Shown here piece after piece: positions 18,999 through 27,808 of a stretch of 64,000 nucleotides of DNA. Under the pieces are notes generated by a model that was given only the letters and a program-made list of their open reading frames with translations, did not search any database and was not told where the DNA came from. Every line of letters begins with the position of its first letter. Position 1 is the stretch's first letter. The stretch is taken from sequence record OR413575.1; one strand, given 5' to 3'. A program made the position numbers and the translations under genes.

Positions 18999-20492
18999 AT
19001 GATTAATTTAGTATTAGAGATTACACGTAGACCCGAAAATATCAACAAAGAAATTCGCGTAATGGGAGTAAACATTCCGTTACAAGAACTTTACGTAATT
19101 GGGAATAATAACAACAGGGCGATGATTAGTTGTAAATTTCATCGTAGTCATTTAGGCCGTGTCCTGGAATTGATTAAACAGAATGAGGCTATCATTTCAC
19201 TGGACAAGGAAGACATCGGTATGCGTGATGTATACGATGGCCATATTCTTCCGCAAGATGGCGAGGGGATGCGATTAAGTGAAATCACTAGCGCATTGGA
19301 TGGATACGAAGATCTGATGAAATGGGTAAATCGTTATCAGAGACGCGAGATTCAGGATATTGTTGAGTATACTTGGATCAACGACCAGTGTTCCTCTTTA
19401 TCTGAACACCTGAAGAAAGTAGATTTAGATCTCCCTAACTCCGGTGTAGCTGTAACTATTCAACGGCCAGCAGCTGAAGAAATAGAAAAGGTTTATGCTG
19501 ATATGGAGCCCGCACCTAAGAAGCCGGTGATGGATACATCACGATTCAGGATTGAAACTCCAGCTTTTATTAAGCGTATGTTAAGACAGGATGCTAAAGA
19601 ATCAAGGATCAAAAAGAACCTTGTGTCCGCTGCATTACGAGGGACTATAAGTACTTTCCGTGGAACATCTTTGTACGAGAAGTACAAAATGATGTTAGAG
19701 AACGGAATCCAGGCTGGGATTGTATCCTCTATGGACGCGTTTGAACTTGACTATCATATCGATATACTAATCGCTAATCCGAAATACTCGGTGCCGTGTG
19801 CGGTTAAAGGTAGAAAAGTCAAGCGTATTGAGGATGTATTTGTCCTTGACTCTTTAGAGATGGAGAAAACCGATCTTGGTTCGTGTCCTGGTGTTGTGTT
19901 ACCTGAGCATTGCGGTATTTATAATCCTACCATGGATCATTCCAATACTAAGAAGTTACCGGTTGGATTAGGGAATGGGCTCTTGTACAAGTGCGACGTG
20001 CAGTTAGGTGATGTTTCTCAGTTAGCCGTAGAAGAGCCTGTAAAGAACACAGAGCCGTTTACAGTTGTCGTGTACGACACTTGGTTTAGTGGATCTACGG
20101 AGCGTCTACAGATGATCGCTGACGGTATACGGACACGATTGGTTAAAGGTGACGGTTTTCTCTATACTAGCTCGGAAGATCCAAAAAATGCTAAGTCTCT
20201 TGACCCATCACTCATCGCCGGAAAGATGACTAATTTTCGTGTAATGAAAGATATTACAGGAAATGGTATTATTACTGCGACGCTGACTCTTCTCGATACA
20301 CCGTATGGTATTAATCTACGGACTATGATGGAGAACGGTACAAGAGTTGACTTTACGCCTGTTTGGTATTGGAAACTAAAAGACGGTGTTCAAACTGTTG
20401 AAGATGTTTATTACATCAAATACGGTCTTGAGCTACGTAACCGCATGGCGATTGATGAGTTCTGTAAGAAAGAAGGATTAATCATATCGTAA
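18999..20492 (+). CDS. 497-aa protein with a C-terminal, apparently inactive prohead-protease-like domain
   Basis: ITATLTLLDTPYGINLRTMMENG resembles the T4-gp21-type KILDTPMGKI..LL..G segment; catalytic His and Ser positions substituted. Confidence 0.5.
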   Translation: MINLVLEITRRPENINKEIRVMGVNIPLQELYVIGNNNNRAMISCKFHRSHLGRVLELIKQNEAIISLDKEDIGMRDVYDGHILPQDGEGMRLSEITSALDGYEDLMKWVNRYQRREIQDIVEYTWINDQCSSLSEHLKKVDLDLPNSGVAVTIQRPAAEEIEKVYADMEPAPKKPVMDTSRFRIETPAFIKRMLRQDAKESRIKKNLVSAALRGTISTFRGTSLYEKYKMMLENGIQAGIVSSMDAFELDYHIDILIANPKYSVPCAVKGRKVKRIEDVFVLDSLEMEKTDLGSCPGVVLPEHCGIYNPTMDHSNTKKLPVGLGNGLLYKCDVQLGDVSQLAVEEPVKNTEPFTVVVYDTWFSGSTERLQMIADGIRTRLVKGDGFLYTSSEDPKNAKSLDPSLIAGKMTNFRVMKDITGNGIITATLTLLDTPYGINLRTMMENGTRVDFTPVWYWKLKDGVQTVEDVYYIKYGLELRNRMAIDEFCKKEGLIIS

Positions 20493-20502
20493 CGACACAA
20501 TT

Positions 20503-20537
20503 GGAGAACCCTTCGGGGTTCTCTCTTTTTTTTTTGC
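20503..20537 (+). terminator. intrinsic terminator
   Basis: GAGAACCC-TTCG-GGGTTCTC plus U-tract. Confidence 0.85.
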
Positions 20538-20572
20538 CTGATTTCCATAATCGTTTCTAACCATATTTCAGT

Positions 20573-20590
20573 TATATATTACTTTAGTGA
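20573..20590 (+). promoter_or_regulatory. early-type phage promoter
   Basis: TATATATTAC-TTT-AGTGA. Confidence 0.75.
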
Positions 20591-20627
20591 TAGAACGTTC
20601 TATCTTTTATAATAAGGAATATTCCAA

Positions 20628-21008
20628 ATGTATAATGCAATCGCACGCCGCCGTTCTGTTTCTTTCGGTCAAGGTTCTTCCAAAGTTGTTCCAATGCTGA
20701 TGGAAGGTAACGGTAACGTCAAACACCTGCACAACGCAACAACTCCTACTACTTGGGCAGTAGCTGGAGAAGGTATCCAGATTCGTTACGGGAAAGATCT
20801 CGTAGGGAATATCTGGGTCACTGTGAATGTCCGTGGTAATGAACTGTTCCAGTGGGTTGGGGAATCAACTACAACTTGGTTCAATGCAATGGTAGATTGC
20901 CTCGTACACGATCCGTTGGTTCTGGCACTGCAGCGTCGTTCCGCTACAGACCATTATTCGCTGATGGATAAAATCGAAGCGATCGGTTCACAGGTAACTG
21001 TCCATTAA
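20628..21008 (+). CDS. hypothetical early protein (paralog trio member 1)
   Basis: AAGGA SD; contains IQIRYG..IWV..RGNE.F.W.G. Confidence 0.7.
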   Translation: MYNAIARRRSVSFGQGSSKVVPMLMEGNGNVKHLHNATTPTTWAVAGEGIQIRYGKDLVGNIWVTVNVRGNELFQWVGESTTTWFNAMVDCLVHDPLVLALQRRSATDHYSLMDKIEAIGSQVTVH

Positions 21009-21014
21009 TGCCCA

Positions 21015-21039
21015 GGGGACTTCGGTCCCCTATTCTTTA
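21015..21039 (+). terminator. intrinsic terminator (weak U-tract)
   Basis: GGGGAC-TTCG-GTCCCC-TATTCTTTT. Confidence 0.7.
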
Positions 21040-21063
21040 CCAGTAAGCTAGAGGATCTAGAGC

Positions 21064-21402
21064 ATGTTAAACGTAACTACTACCCGAATTGATAATAACC
21101 AATCTAATGTCATTACGACGGATTATCTCCGTCACATTTGGAGTTATGAAGAAGACGTTACATTCGAAGCCCATAATCGTTGGATTGAATTAGAATACGG
21201 CGTTTTCAATAACCGTATTTATGCCGAAATCAAACAAGGTAATCAAGACTTCACTTGGGCAGGGGTAAGAGATGCGGATTGGGTTAAGAAGTTTTTAATT
21301 GATTACGAGGAGGAGTTAGAGTTAGCTGGCGAACATAAGTTAGTTATACAGGCGCACTTGCGTCAACTGAAAGGTTTCATGAAACAAATTACAAACATTT
21401 AA
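21064..21402 (+). CDS. hypothetical protein (paralog trio member 2)
   Basis: GAGGA SD; contains IELEYG..IYA..QGNQ.F.W.G. Confidence 0.7.
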   Translation: MLNVTTTRIDNNQSNVITTDYLRHIWSYEEDVTFEAHNRWIELEYGVFNNRIYAEIKQGNQDFTWAGVRDADWVKKFLIDYEEELELAGEHKLVIQAHLRQLKGFMKQITNI

Positions 21403-21425
21403 CTAGTTTACTAGAGGATTACAAT

Positions 21426-21830
21426 ATGTTTTTTAAGACTAAAGCTGGGATGAATGGTGCTGCAAGAATCGTTCTGAATACTTTCGAAGAAGTGGTAGAA
21501 GATTATAAAACTTTTTTACTTACTGGCTCTATGATTGACTTTCAAGAGTATGTTGAATCAGAAGCAACTTATTTGTACAATATGATTCAACGTACGGTAT
21601 TCGTTGATACTCTTAACTTACATTTTGGTGTATTAGGCGAAATGGAGAAGTTAGGTAGGGGCGAAGAAGGTTACATACGTCTTAATTATGGTACTACAGA
21701 TACCGGCATCGAATTTCAAGCTGATATTTCAGTTGATGGCAACAGTAAAGAGATAATTTTAGAAGTATATCACATGCACGCTGCTTTACAGGGCGTAGTT
21801 TTAAACACACCAATGTCTGATCGTAAATAA
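21426..21830 (+). CDS. hypothetical protein (possible trio member 3)
   Basis: GAGGA SD; contains IRLNYG...IEF..V.GN. Confidence 0.65.
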   Translation: MFFKTKAGMNGAARIVLNTFEEVVEDYKTFLLTGSMIDFQEYVESEATYLYNMIQRTVFVDTLNLHFGVLGEMEKLGRGEEGYIRLNYGTTDTGIEFQADISVDGNSKEIILEVYHMHAALQGVVLNTPMSDRK

Positions 21831-21842
21831 GAGGAACTAAAC

Positions 21843-22451
21843 ATGAACGTATCTAACGTAATCGCAATCAACGAAGAAATGACCACTGCATACGGTATCC
21901 TGGGTAAAGATCTGGTATCTGAGTTAGTTCGTTACGCCGCTGCCGTAGGATTCACTGAAGACCATGAGATCCTCCTGCCAGCACCTTACCACTACCAGCT
22001 GCGTGGCATGGTAATCTCTCCACGCACCACAGCAGCTGATGAAGATCACATCGTCTCTGCAATCTGGGGCGAAGATGATCGCGTTGTATTCGTTGTAGAG
22101 AAAATCAAACGCTGCACCTGCGGCGGTCATCGTGTTGATGGCTCTGCACTGGTGGAAGAGGTTAAGCAATCTCTCGATGCACTGACCACCGCTTTACCTA
22201 ACCTGAAGGTAGAGCTGCTGTATGTAGTTAACGGTGTTGACTTCGCATACTCCGCAGATGGTAACAATACTCTGCTGGACGCAATCGAAGCTAACTACCG
22301 CGTAGCTCAGATGGATGATCTGCCACAACTGCTGAACGACGCAGACCGCGGCGAAGGTCTTATCGATCCTGAGTGGATTCACGATGTCGTATCCGCGTAC
22401 AAAGAAGATCCAGAAGAAGCAGTTAAGATCTTCGGCGAAATCTTTAAATAA
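21843..22451 (+). CDS. acidic hypothetical protein with CxCxxH motif
   Basis: GAGGA SD; high-expression codon bias; RCTCGGHR. Confidence 0.7.
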   Translation: MNVSNVIAINEEMTTAYGILGKDLVSELVRYAAAVGFTEDHEILLPAPYHYQLRGMVISPRTTAADEDHIVSAIWGEDDRVVFVVEKIKRCTCGGHRVDGSALVEEVKQSLDALTTALPNLKVELLYVVNGVDFAYSADGNNTLLDAIEANYRVAQMDDLPQLLNDADRGEGLIDPEWIHDVVSAYKEDPEEAVKIFGEIFK

Positions 22452-22490
22452 GTCTCCATTGTGGAGCCCTCCCTAACAGGAGGTTATCAA

Positions 22491-22527
22491 ACCTGGGGAC
22501 TTCGGTTCCCAGGTACATTTCTTTTTT
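22491..22527 (+). terminator. intrinsic terminator
   Basis: ACCTGGGGAC-TTCG-GTTCCCAGGT plus U-rich tail. Confidence 0.8.
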
Positions 22528-22560
22528 GGTTTTAAATACAATTGATCTTGGAGAGTTATA

Positions 22561-22770
22561 ATGGATTTCACTGATGCTCAGCTTGAATTAATTAAGCAAC
22601 TAGGTAAGGCTACTATACAGGAACTTGTACGTGACTATAATAAGATTCTGAATAACCAAATGACAGGTAGTCAGTTCTGGGAAATATTGAATACTAAAGT
22701 CTCAAGGGATAAGGTACGTGACTTGTTAATCTTAGTACGTACTATCCATAATGATTTAACTAAGTTATAA
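22561..22770 (+). CDS. small hypothetical protein
   Basis: GGAG SD; 69 aa, helical. Confidence 0.65.
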   Translation: MDFTDAQLELIKQLGKATIQELVRDYNKILNNQMTGSQFWEILNTKVSRDKVRDLLILVRTIHNDLTKL

Positions 22771-22986
22771 TTAAGTAAAAAATAAAGTAGTATCTATTAT
22801 TATGCGGTATTGAAGTCTGACACGGTCAATACCCCGTGGTCCTTTCCAGTCCCTGGAAAGCTGAGTGAAATTGAATGAAGTGAACGTAGTGAACGGAATG
22901 AGATCCTAGTAGTTGACCTTGACCTTAGGGGGTGGGGGTCTGTGACTGACAAAATCAAATTAACTAATTAATTAGGAGAGTATGTC

Positions 22987-23190
22987 ATGTTAGCGTGGCT
23001 GAAGAAATTATTACGTAACCCAGTTGTGACAGATCGTTGTACCATGACACATCTGAGCACTGAATTAATTATTCTGGAACAAGAACTAGAAGAACATGGT
23101 ATATCAATAGACTGTGATCTATTGGAAGAGATGGAGATACTCCGTCGTCGTATTGAAGAGTTCCGTAATACGAATTTATTAAACTGCTAA
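22987..23190 (+). CDS. small hypothetical protein
   Basis: AGGAG SD; follows a long structured leader. Confidence 0.65.
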   Translation: MLAWLKKLLRNPVVTDRCTMTHLSTELIILEQELEEHGISIDCDLLEEMEILRRRIEEFRNTNLLNC

Positions 23191-23222
23191 TTTTTGCGGA
23201 TTACACTGAGGAGAAGTAAAAT

Positions 23223-23723
23223 ATGTTGACTTTAATTGCAGCTGGCGTAATGGTTGGGTCTGGGTTGTTCATTGCAGGATATGCATTGGGCAGGCATCAC
23301 GTCAAACCGATTGTAGGAGTTGAACAACTGGAAGTTATGCATTCGGTAAACGAAGGAAGGATCGGGAATATAGTACTTGGGGACAAACGTGGTGACTTCG
23401 AAGCTACGGGCAGGACGTACTTAACCAAAGAAGAATTTAATCAGCTGAAGAAGGTTGATTTAACAGCCGAAGATTGGGAATTATCTTCAGCAGTGGACGG
23501 GTTAGACATCACGCTCTATCATGTTACGGGTAACCCAGACTATGCAGGTAAGATTGTACTTACGTTATATGTTCGCGGGGACAACGCCCGTAAATACAAA
23601 TGGGAAAACGTAACTAGCAGTAAGAACTCTAATGTTTTACCACCGGTGACTGTTAATAGCAAGTATTCAGCAATTCGCCGTGTGTTAGAAGCTACGTTAG
23701 AAGCAGAACTGCGGAAATACTAA
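23223..23723 (+). CDS. membrane-anchored hypothetical protein
   Basis: GAGGAG SD; hydrophobic N-terminal segment MLTLIAAGVMVGSGLFIAGYALG. Confidence 0.7.
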   Translation: MLTLIAAGVMVGSGLFIAGYALGRHHVKPIVGVEQLEVMHSVNEGRIGNIVLGDKRGDFEATGRTYLTKEEFNQLKKVDLTAEDWELSSAVDGLDITLYHVTGNPDYAGKIVLTLYVRGDNARKYKWENVTSSKNSNVLPPVTVNSKYSAIRRVLEATLEAELRKY

Positions 23724-23724
23724 C

Positions 23725-23759
23725 ATAATCGCCTAGGTACCCGTTAAGGTACCTAGGCT
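23725..23759. terminator. hairpin between convergent genes
   Basis: GCCTAGGTACC-CGTTAA-GGTACCTAGGC; same loop as the 16461 hairpin. Confidence 0.7.
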
Positions 23760-23763
23760 TAGG

Positions 23764-24252
23764 TCAATCGAATTTACCATCCCATACTGTTGGAGATGAT
23801 CGGTAGTAAGGTCGTACTTTCAACATTCTGTTATTAGCATCGTCGTGATAGATCAGGGAATCTATATAAGACGATCGGTTAGCCCAAGACAATCCTTGGG
23901 ACTGGAAGTTGTTTCGGTTAGTAGCAACGTATTTACTTGCGCCACTTGCAGTATACCAGATTCTAAAAGCAACACGGAATCCTTTATCACGCTGGTTCTT
24001 AAAAGAGGCGTAATCTGGAAACGCGTGTTGTAACATACGAGATAAGTGAGAGGAATCACAACTGGCGTAATCCCCCCAAGTAGTACCGTACATCGAGCCA
24101 GTATCAGCACCGATATAAACTTGGAACCATCCTTCTTGCGGACCGGGGTAAGCGGCGTATGATATTCCTTTAAAATTCTTGGTCGCCTGCAAGAACAGTT
24201 CATAAGGAGTCGGTTGCTTAACCAAGCCCGGTGTTAACATCGATTCTAACAT
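23764..24252 (-). CDS. putative virion-associated protein (MLESML N-terminus)
   Basis: GGAG SD; rich in aromatics, Ser and Asn; N-terminus resembles 2619-3158. Confidence 0.6.
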   Translation of the reverse strand: MLESMLTPGLVKQPTPYELFLQATKNFKGISYAAYPGPQEGWFQVYIGADTGSMYGTTWGDYASCDSSHLSRMLQHAFPDYASFKNQRDKGFRVAFRIWYTASGASKYVATNRNNFQSQGLSWANRSSYIDSLIYHDDANNRMLKVRPYYRSSPTVWDGKFD

Positions 24253-24304
24253 AATTGTAAACTCCGAGTCGTATTCAACTAATATGTATTAAAGGGTCAG
24301 TAAC

Positions 24305-24559
24305 ATGGATAAAGTAAGAGATATTCAGATCGAACAGTACGCACGTAGTAGCGACGCGGTACGTGAATTAGAACAGCGTCGCAACAATGAATTGTTATTG
24401 ATTGATATTAAAGAGGCCATCAATAACAAACCTAAAACTGTTAGCGATCGTACGTTAGCAGTCGAGTTAGTACAGAAGTATCATGGCAAGTCATTCAGTG
24501 AATTGCTTGTTCGCGCAATCCGTCAAGGCGAGGAGCAATCAAATGCGCCAACTGGATAA
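24305..24559 (+). CDS. small hypothetical protein
   Basis: Preceded by AATATG and AAGGG; 84 aa, helical. Confidence 0.6.
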   Translation: MDKVRDIQIEQYARSSDAVRELEQRRNNELLLIDIKEAINNKPKTVSDRTLAVELVQKYHGKSFSELLVRAIRQGEEQSNAPTG

Positions 24560-24620
24560 TATCAAGTCCATCCGTGACTTATTTGGAATGGGTGACGTAG
24601 TGACCGAAGAAGTAAGTTAA
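24543..24620 (+). CDS. 25-aa micro-ORF MRQLDNIKSIRDLFGMGDVVTEEVS
   Basis: GAGGAG 7 nt upstream; fills the gap up to the next promoter; below the ORF-track cut-off. Confidence 0.4.
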   Translation: MRQLDNIKSIRDLFGMGDVVTEEVS

Positions 24621-24627
24621 TCTTAAA

Positions 24628-24646
24628 TATATATCACTATAGTGAA
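24628..24646 (+). promoter_or_regulatory. early-type phage promoter (variant)
   Basis: TATATATCAC-TAT-AGTGAA. Confidence 0.7.
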
Positions 24647-24704
24647 GATCCCCTCCTTTCTTGGAGGGGTTTGTGTCCGCAACTATTTAAATAGAGGATT
24701 TAAA

Positions 24705-25160
24705 ATGACAACTAAAGCTAAACCTTTCGGAAGAGATCAGATCATTAAGAAAGGTGAATGTAATGATGAAGTATTTATTCTGGAACATGCCCAAATAGCT
24801 TCCTACCCAGAAAAAGGTAAGATCATCGTTACGCTTAAGATAGGAGATAAAGTAGCAGCTACCACTAAGTTAGCAATAATTGGTAGAGTCAGTTCACCAA
24901 TAGATCGTTGGCATACAGTGAACTCAGGGAAACGTATTATCGGCAACTACTTCGTAGAGAATGTCGACGGATGGAATATCCCTGTTCGTGATAAAGCATT
25001 AATGGCAGTCTTGCTGTTAAACGTACTTATCTGGACTAAGTTCAGTAGCATACGCGGAAAGTTCAATAGAGCAGATAATAATGACTTAATTCTGCGTGAG
25101 AAACTTCGCGAAAAAGTCAAGTTGTACCGTGATACCTTATTACCACTCGAAACTAATTAA
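24705..25160 (+). CDS. hypothetical early protein
   Basis: GAGGA SD before ATG 24705. Confidence 0.7.
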   Translation: MTTKAKPFGRDQIIKKGECNDEVFILEHAQIASYPEKGKIIVTLKIGDKVAATTKLAIIGRVSSPIDRWHTVNSGKRIIGNYFVENVDGWNIPVRDKALMAVLLLNVLIWTKFSSIRGKFNRADNNDLILREKLREKVKLYRDTLLPLETN

Positions 25161-25176
25161 TTAGGAGATTCAAAAA

Positions 25177-25614
25177 ATGCGTATTAATTCTTACAAGAAA
25201 AACAACACCTGGAATGTAATCGGTTTAGGTCGTGATAACAATAATGAAATCGGATTGATCCTCGAAGATCAGACCGATGGTATCCCATTGTCGCGTGATC
25301 GTAAGTTAATTACTTGTAACGAAGAAACTACTATGGTTTCTCTCGACCTGACATTAGGTAATATAACACCTCCGGAAGATATTAACTTCTACACTCAACG
25401 TACTCATTTACCAGGGGAAGAAGTAGCAGTATTCTGCGACGGAGGTAATTTAATTTCCTTGATTGCGTTGGAATGGGAAGATGATATCCCAGTAACAGGA
25501 TGTATTGCCGTACGTACAACCGGTATGTGTGGACATTTATTAACTCGCCCTACCGAATGGTGTGTGGTGTTTGAAGAGTACGTGAATATTATTGGGTGGA
25601 AGACTCGTAAATAA
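25177..25614 (+). CDS. hypothetical protein
   Basis: AGGAG SD. Confidence 0.7.
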   Translation: MRINSYKKNNTWNVIGLGRDNNNEIGLILEDQTDGIPLSRDRKLITCNEETTMVSLDLTLGNITPPEDINFYTQRTHLPGEEVAVFCDGGNLISLIALEWEDDIPVTGCIAVRTTGMCGHLLTRPTEWCVVFEEYVNIIGWKTRK

Positions 25615-25674
25615 CTACACCTAAATGTTTTAGTATAACTATTGATAATCGTAACTTTATAAAAGGTAAAATAA

Positions 25675-26175
25675 ATGGAAACTCAGATCAAGGTTGAAAT
25701 CGGTTCACCGGTACAAGGCCAATACGTAGCAACAATTTTCGATCAGAATGATTCGCCACGTATGACTATTCGCTTAGGCGAAGCAGTTCATCTTTGGCAT
25801 ATCGATTTGGTATTGGGTGCGTATCGTCTGTACTGGGAAGCTGTAGGTATTCGTTCCGAGCACCTCAACACAGCTGACGGAATTACGTATAATCCAAACG
25901 TCCGCGCTGAACGCCAGGATGTGGCTAAAGCAGAAATCGCTAAAGCTCTGATCGACCTGGTTTGCCGTACTAATGATCCAAACCAACCAAACATTCTGCG
26001 TAAACTGAATGAAAACCGTTATGTCTACATCTGCTCAACTAACGATCGTAATGCAGATGTTTATATTGCTGGTGGTATTGGTAACCCGTACTTCTTTGTC
26101 CGTAAACGCGGTACCGGTGAAGTCATCGGTCGTTTTGACAACGTCAAAGCTGCCCGTAACGCCACCTCTAAGTAA
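25675..26175 (+). CDS. hypothetical protein
   Basis: AAGGT SD; biased codon usage. Confidence 0.7.
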   Translation: METQIKVEIGSPVQGQYVATIFDQNDSPRMTIRLGEAVHLWHIDLVLGAYRLYWEAVGIRSEHLNTADGITYNPNVRAERQDVAKAEIAKALIDLVCRTNDPNQPNILRKLNENRYVYICSTNDRNADVYIAGGIGNPYFFVRKRGTGEVIGRFDNVKAARNATSK

Positions 26176-26209
26176 TAAACTCAACGACTAGTTAACTAGG
26201 AGCAATATC

Positions 26210-26605
26210 ATGCCAATCGTAAACGTATTCACTCAACCACGTAATCTCGAAGATAACGAAGTAATGATCCACATTCGTGTATCTGAAATTCAAACTGTGT
26301 TTGACTTCCTGTCTGAGAAGTTAGAAGGTCGTGTTCGTCAAACTGTTACCCTCGATACTAATAACTATCGTGGGTTCTGGTCTTCCATGATCAACAAATA
26401 CGAATACCGTTACGTATTAACTTGGAATGAAGCATTACGTCTCCATTCCTACTTACGTTACTGGTTAGAGAAAGGAAGAGATCGCGACATCTCCGTATCC
26501 TTGAACTCTATCCGTAACTTTGCTTTATACGGAGTGAATGTTAAATGCCCAAAACCGATCAAAGAGAGCTCGCTCTTAAAAAGGCTAGACAAATTCTTAC
26601 TTTAG
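26210..26605 (+). CDS. hypothetical protein
   Basis: AGGAG SD. Confidence 0.7.
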   Translation: MPIVNVFTQPRNLEDNEVMIHIRVSEIQTVFDFLSEKLEGRVRQTVTLDTNNYRGFWSSMINKYEYRYVLTWNEALRLHSYLRYWLEKGRDRDISVSLNSIRNFALYGVNVKCPKPIKESSLLKRLDKFLL

Positions 26606-26793
26606 TACGGTTATATCGGATGCCCGGTCAATCCGGGCAAAAAATACCCGAAGCCGATCTCGCTAAGATCAATGAGTTGTGTACCCCTGAGATAACTGTT
26701 CTATTAGCTCAGGAACTAATCCTACTAAGCGGCATGGTAAAAGACCATGTTAAACAAACTAACAAACAAGTTAAACAATTAATTGGAGAATAA
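26545..26793 (+). CDS. small hypothetical protein, start uncertain
   Basis: Fills the gap between two genes; no clear SD. Confidence 0.4.
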   Translation: MPKTDQRELALKKARQILTLVRLYRMPGQSGQKIPEADLAKINELCTPEITVLLAQELILLSGMVKDHVKQTNKQVKQLIGE

Positions 26794-26794
26794 C

Positions 26795-27808
26795 ATGAAC
26801 AAATCTAAACGTATCGTCCAGATCGAAGAAGGGAAGTTCATCGAAGGGATGACTAAAGCACTACAAACTCGTTATCCTTCCCTGGATAAGGGAAATGTTG
26901 AAGCTATTGTAGCCCAACAAATTGGCAATCATCGTGTTTTGAATAACGTCATCTTGACAGAGAAAGAACATGAGAAGTTGCTACATGACGCTGGTATGGA
27001 TACGTCCACTGAAACCGTAGCAATGGCCGCGCAAGCTGTCGTGGATCTAACTCGTAAGACACGAGCTCCTACTAGTCAAGAAGTCCTCGGGGTTCTGTTA
27101 GATAGTCTGCGTATAAAGGATAAGGTTAAGACTGATGGCGTAGAAATCAATCGCGCTACCCGTTTGACAATCATCAACGAGTTTCTTGTTTATTTCCTTA
27201 ATACTCACTTCACTATCAGTGATAAAACTACCGAAATTCTGATGACTTCAACATCGGTAGAGAAAACGATGATCGTGTTTAAGGAAGCGATCGAAAGACA
27301 ATTCCCTGATAAACCTGCTTCTTACACTCAGTACTATTTGCCAAGTATCGAGTTACTCGCAAAGATTGCGGATCATTTAGATCCGGAAACTGATAATAAA
27401 AAGAATTTAAACGAAATGTTTAATGGTTTCTCGCCGGATGAAGTACCTAATGCAATAATTGGATATTTTGAAAGTATCGCAAGTTCGTACGCAGCAATCG
27501 CAGGATCTAAATCCCTGGTAGCTGTAATGTCAGCATTCGTAGGTAAGATGTCAGAGCAATCCGACACCATGTTCGTACAGAAATTCCTGACAGGTAAACA
27601 GTACGAAGCAGTTAATGAAGTAGTTAATATTCTTCGCCATGAACTTGAGAACGCAGGTGTGTTCTCGTTCACCCTGGAGGAGTTTAACAAAATCAATAAC
27701 TGTATGCCTCACATCGGGCAGAAAGACTTAGGTATCTCCCTCAGCCGCTCGGAAGAAGGAGATTTGATGTTACAATTCAATGGCGTTCAAAACGTGAGCA
27801 AATTATGA
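26795..27808 (+). CDS. helical hypothetical protein
   Basis: GGAG SD before ATG 26795. Confidence 0.7.
   Translation: MNKSKRIVQIEEGKFIEGMTKALQTRYPSLDKGNVEAIVAQQIGNHRVLNNVILTEKEHEKLLHDAGMDTSTETVAMAAQAVVDLTRKTRAPTSQEVLGVLLDSLRIKDKVKTDGVEINRATRLTIINEFLVYFLNTHFTISDKTTEILMTSTSVEKTMIVFKEAIERQFPDKPASYTQYYLPSIELLAKIADHLDPETDNKKNLNEMFNGFSPDEVPNAIIGYFESIASSYAAIAGSKSLVAVMSAFVGKMSEQSDTMFVQKFLTGKQYEAVNEVVNILRHELENAGVFSFTLEEFNKINNCMPHIGQKDLGISLSRSEEGDLMLQFNGVQNVSKL

Noticed and set aside
24635-24642. CACTATAG match to T7/SP6 promoter cores
   Set aside because: Only one of nine motif copies has it, and no single-subunit RNAP gene is in the window.
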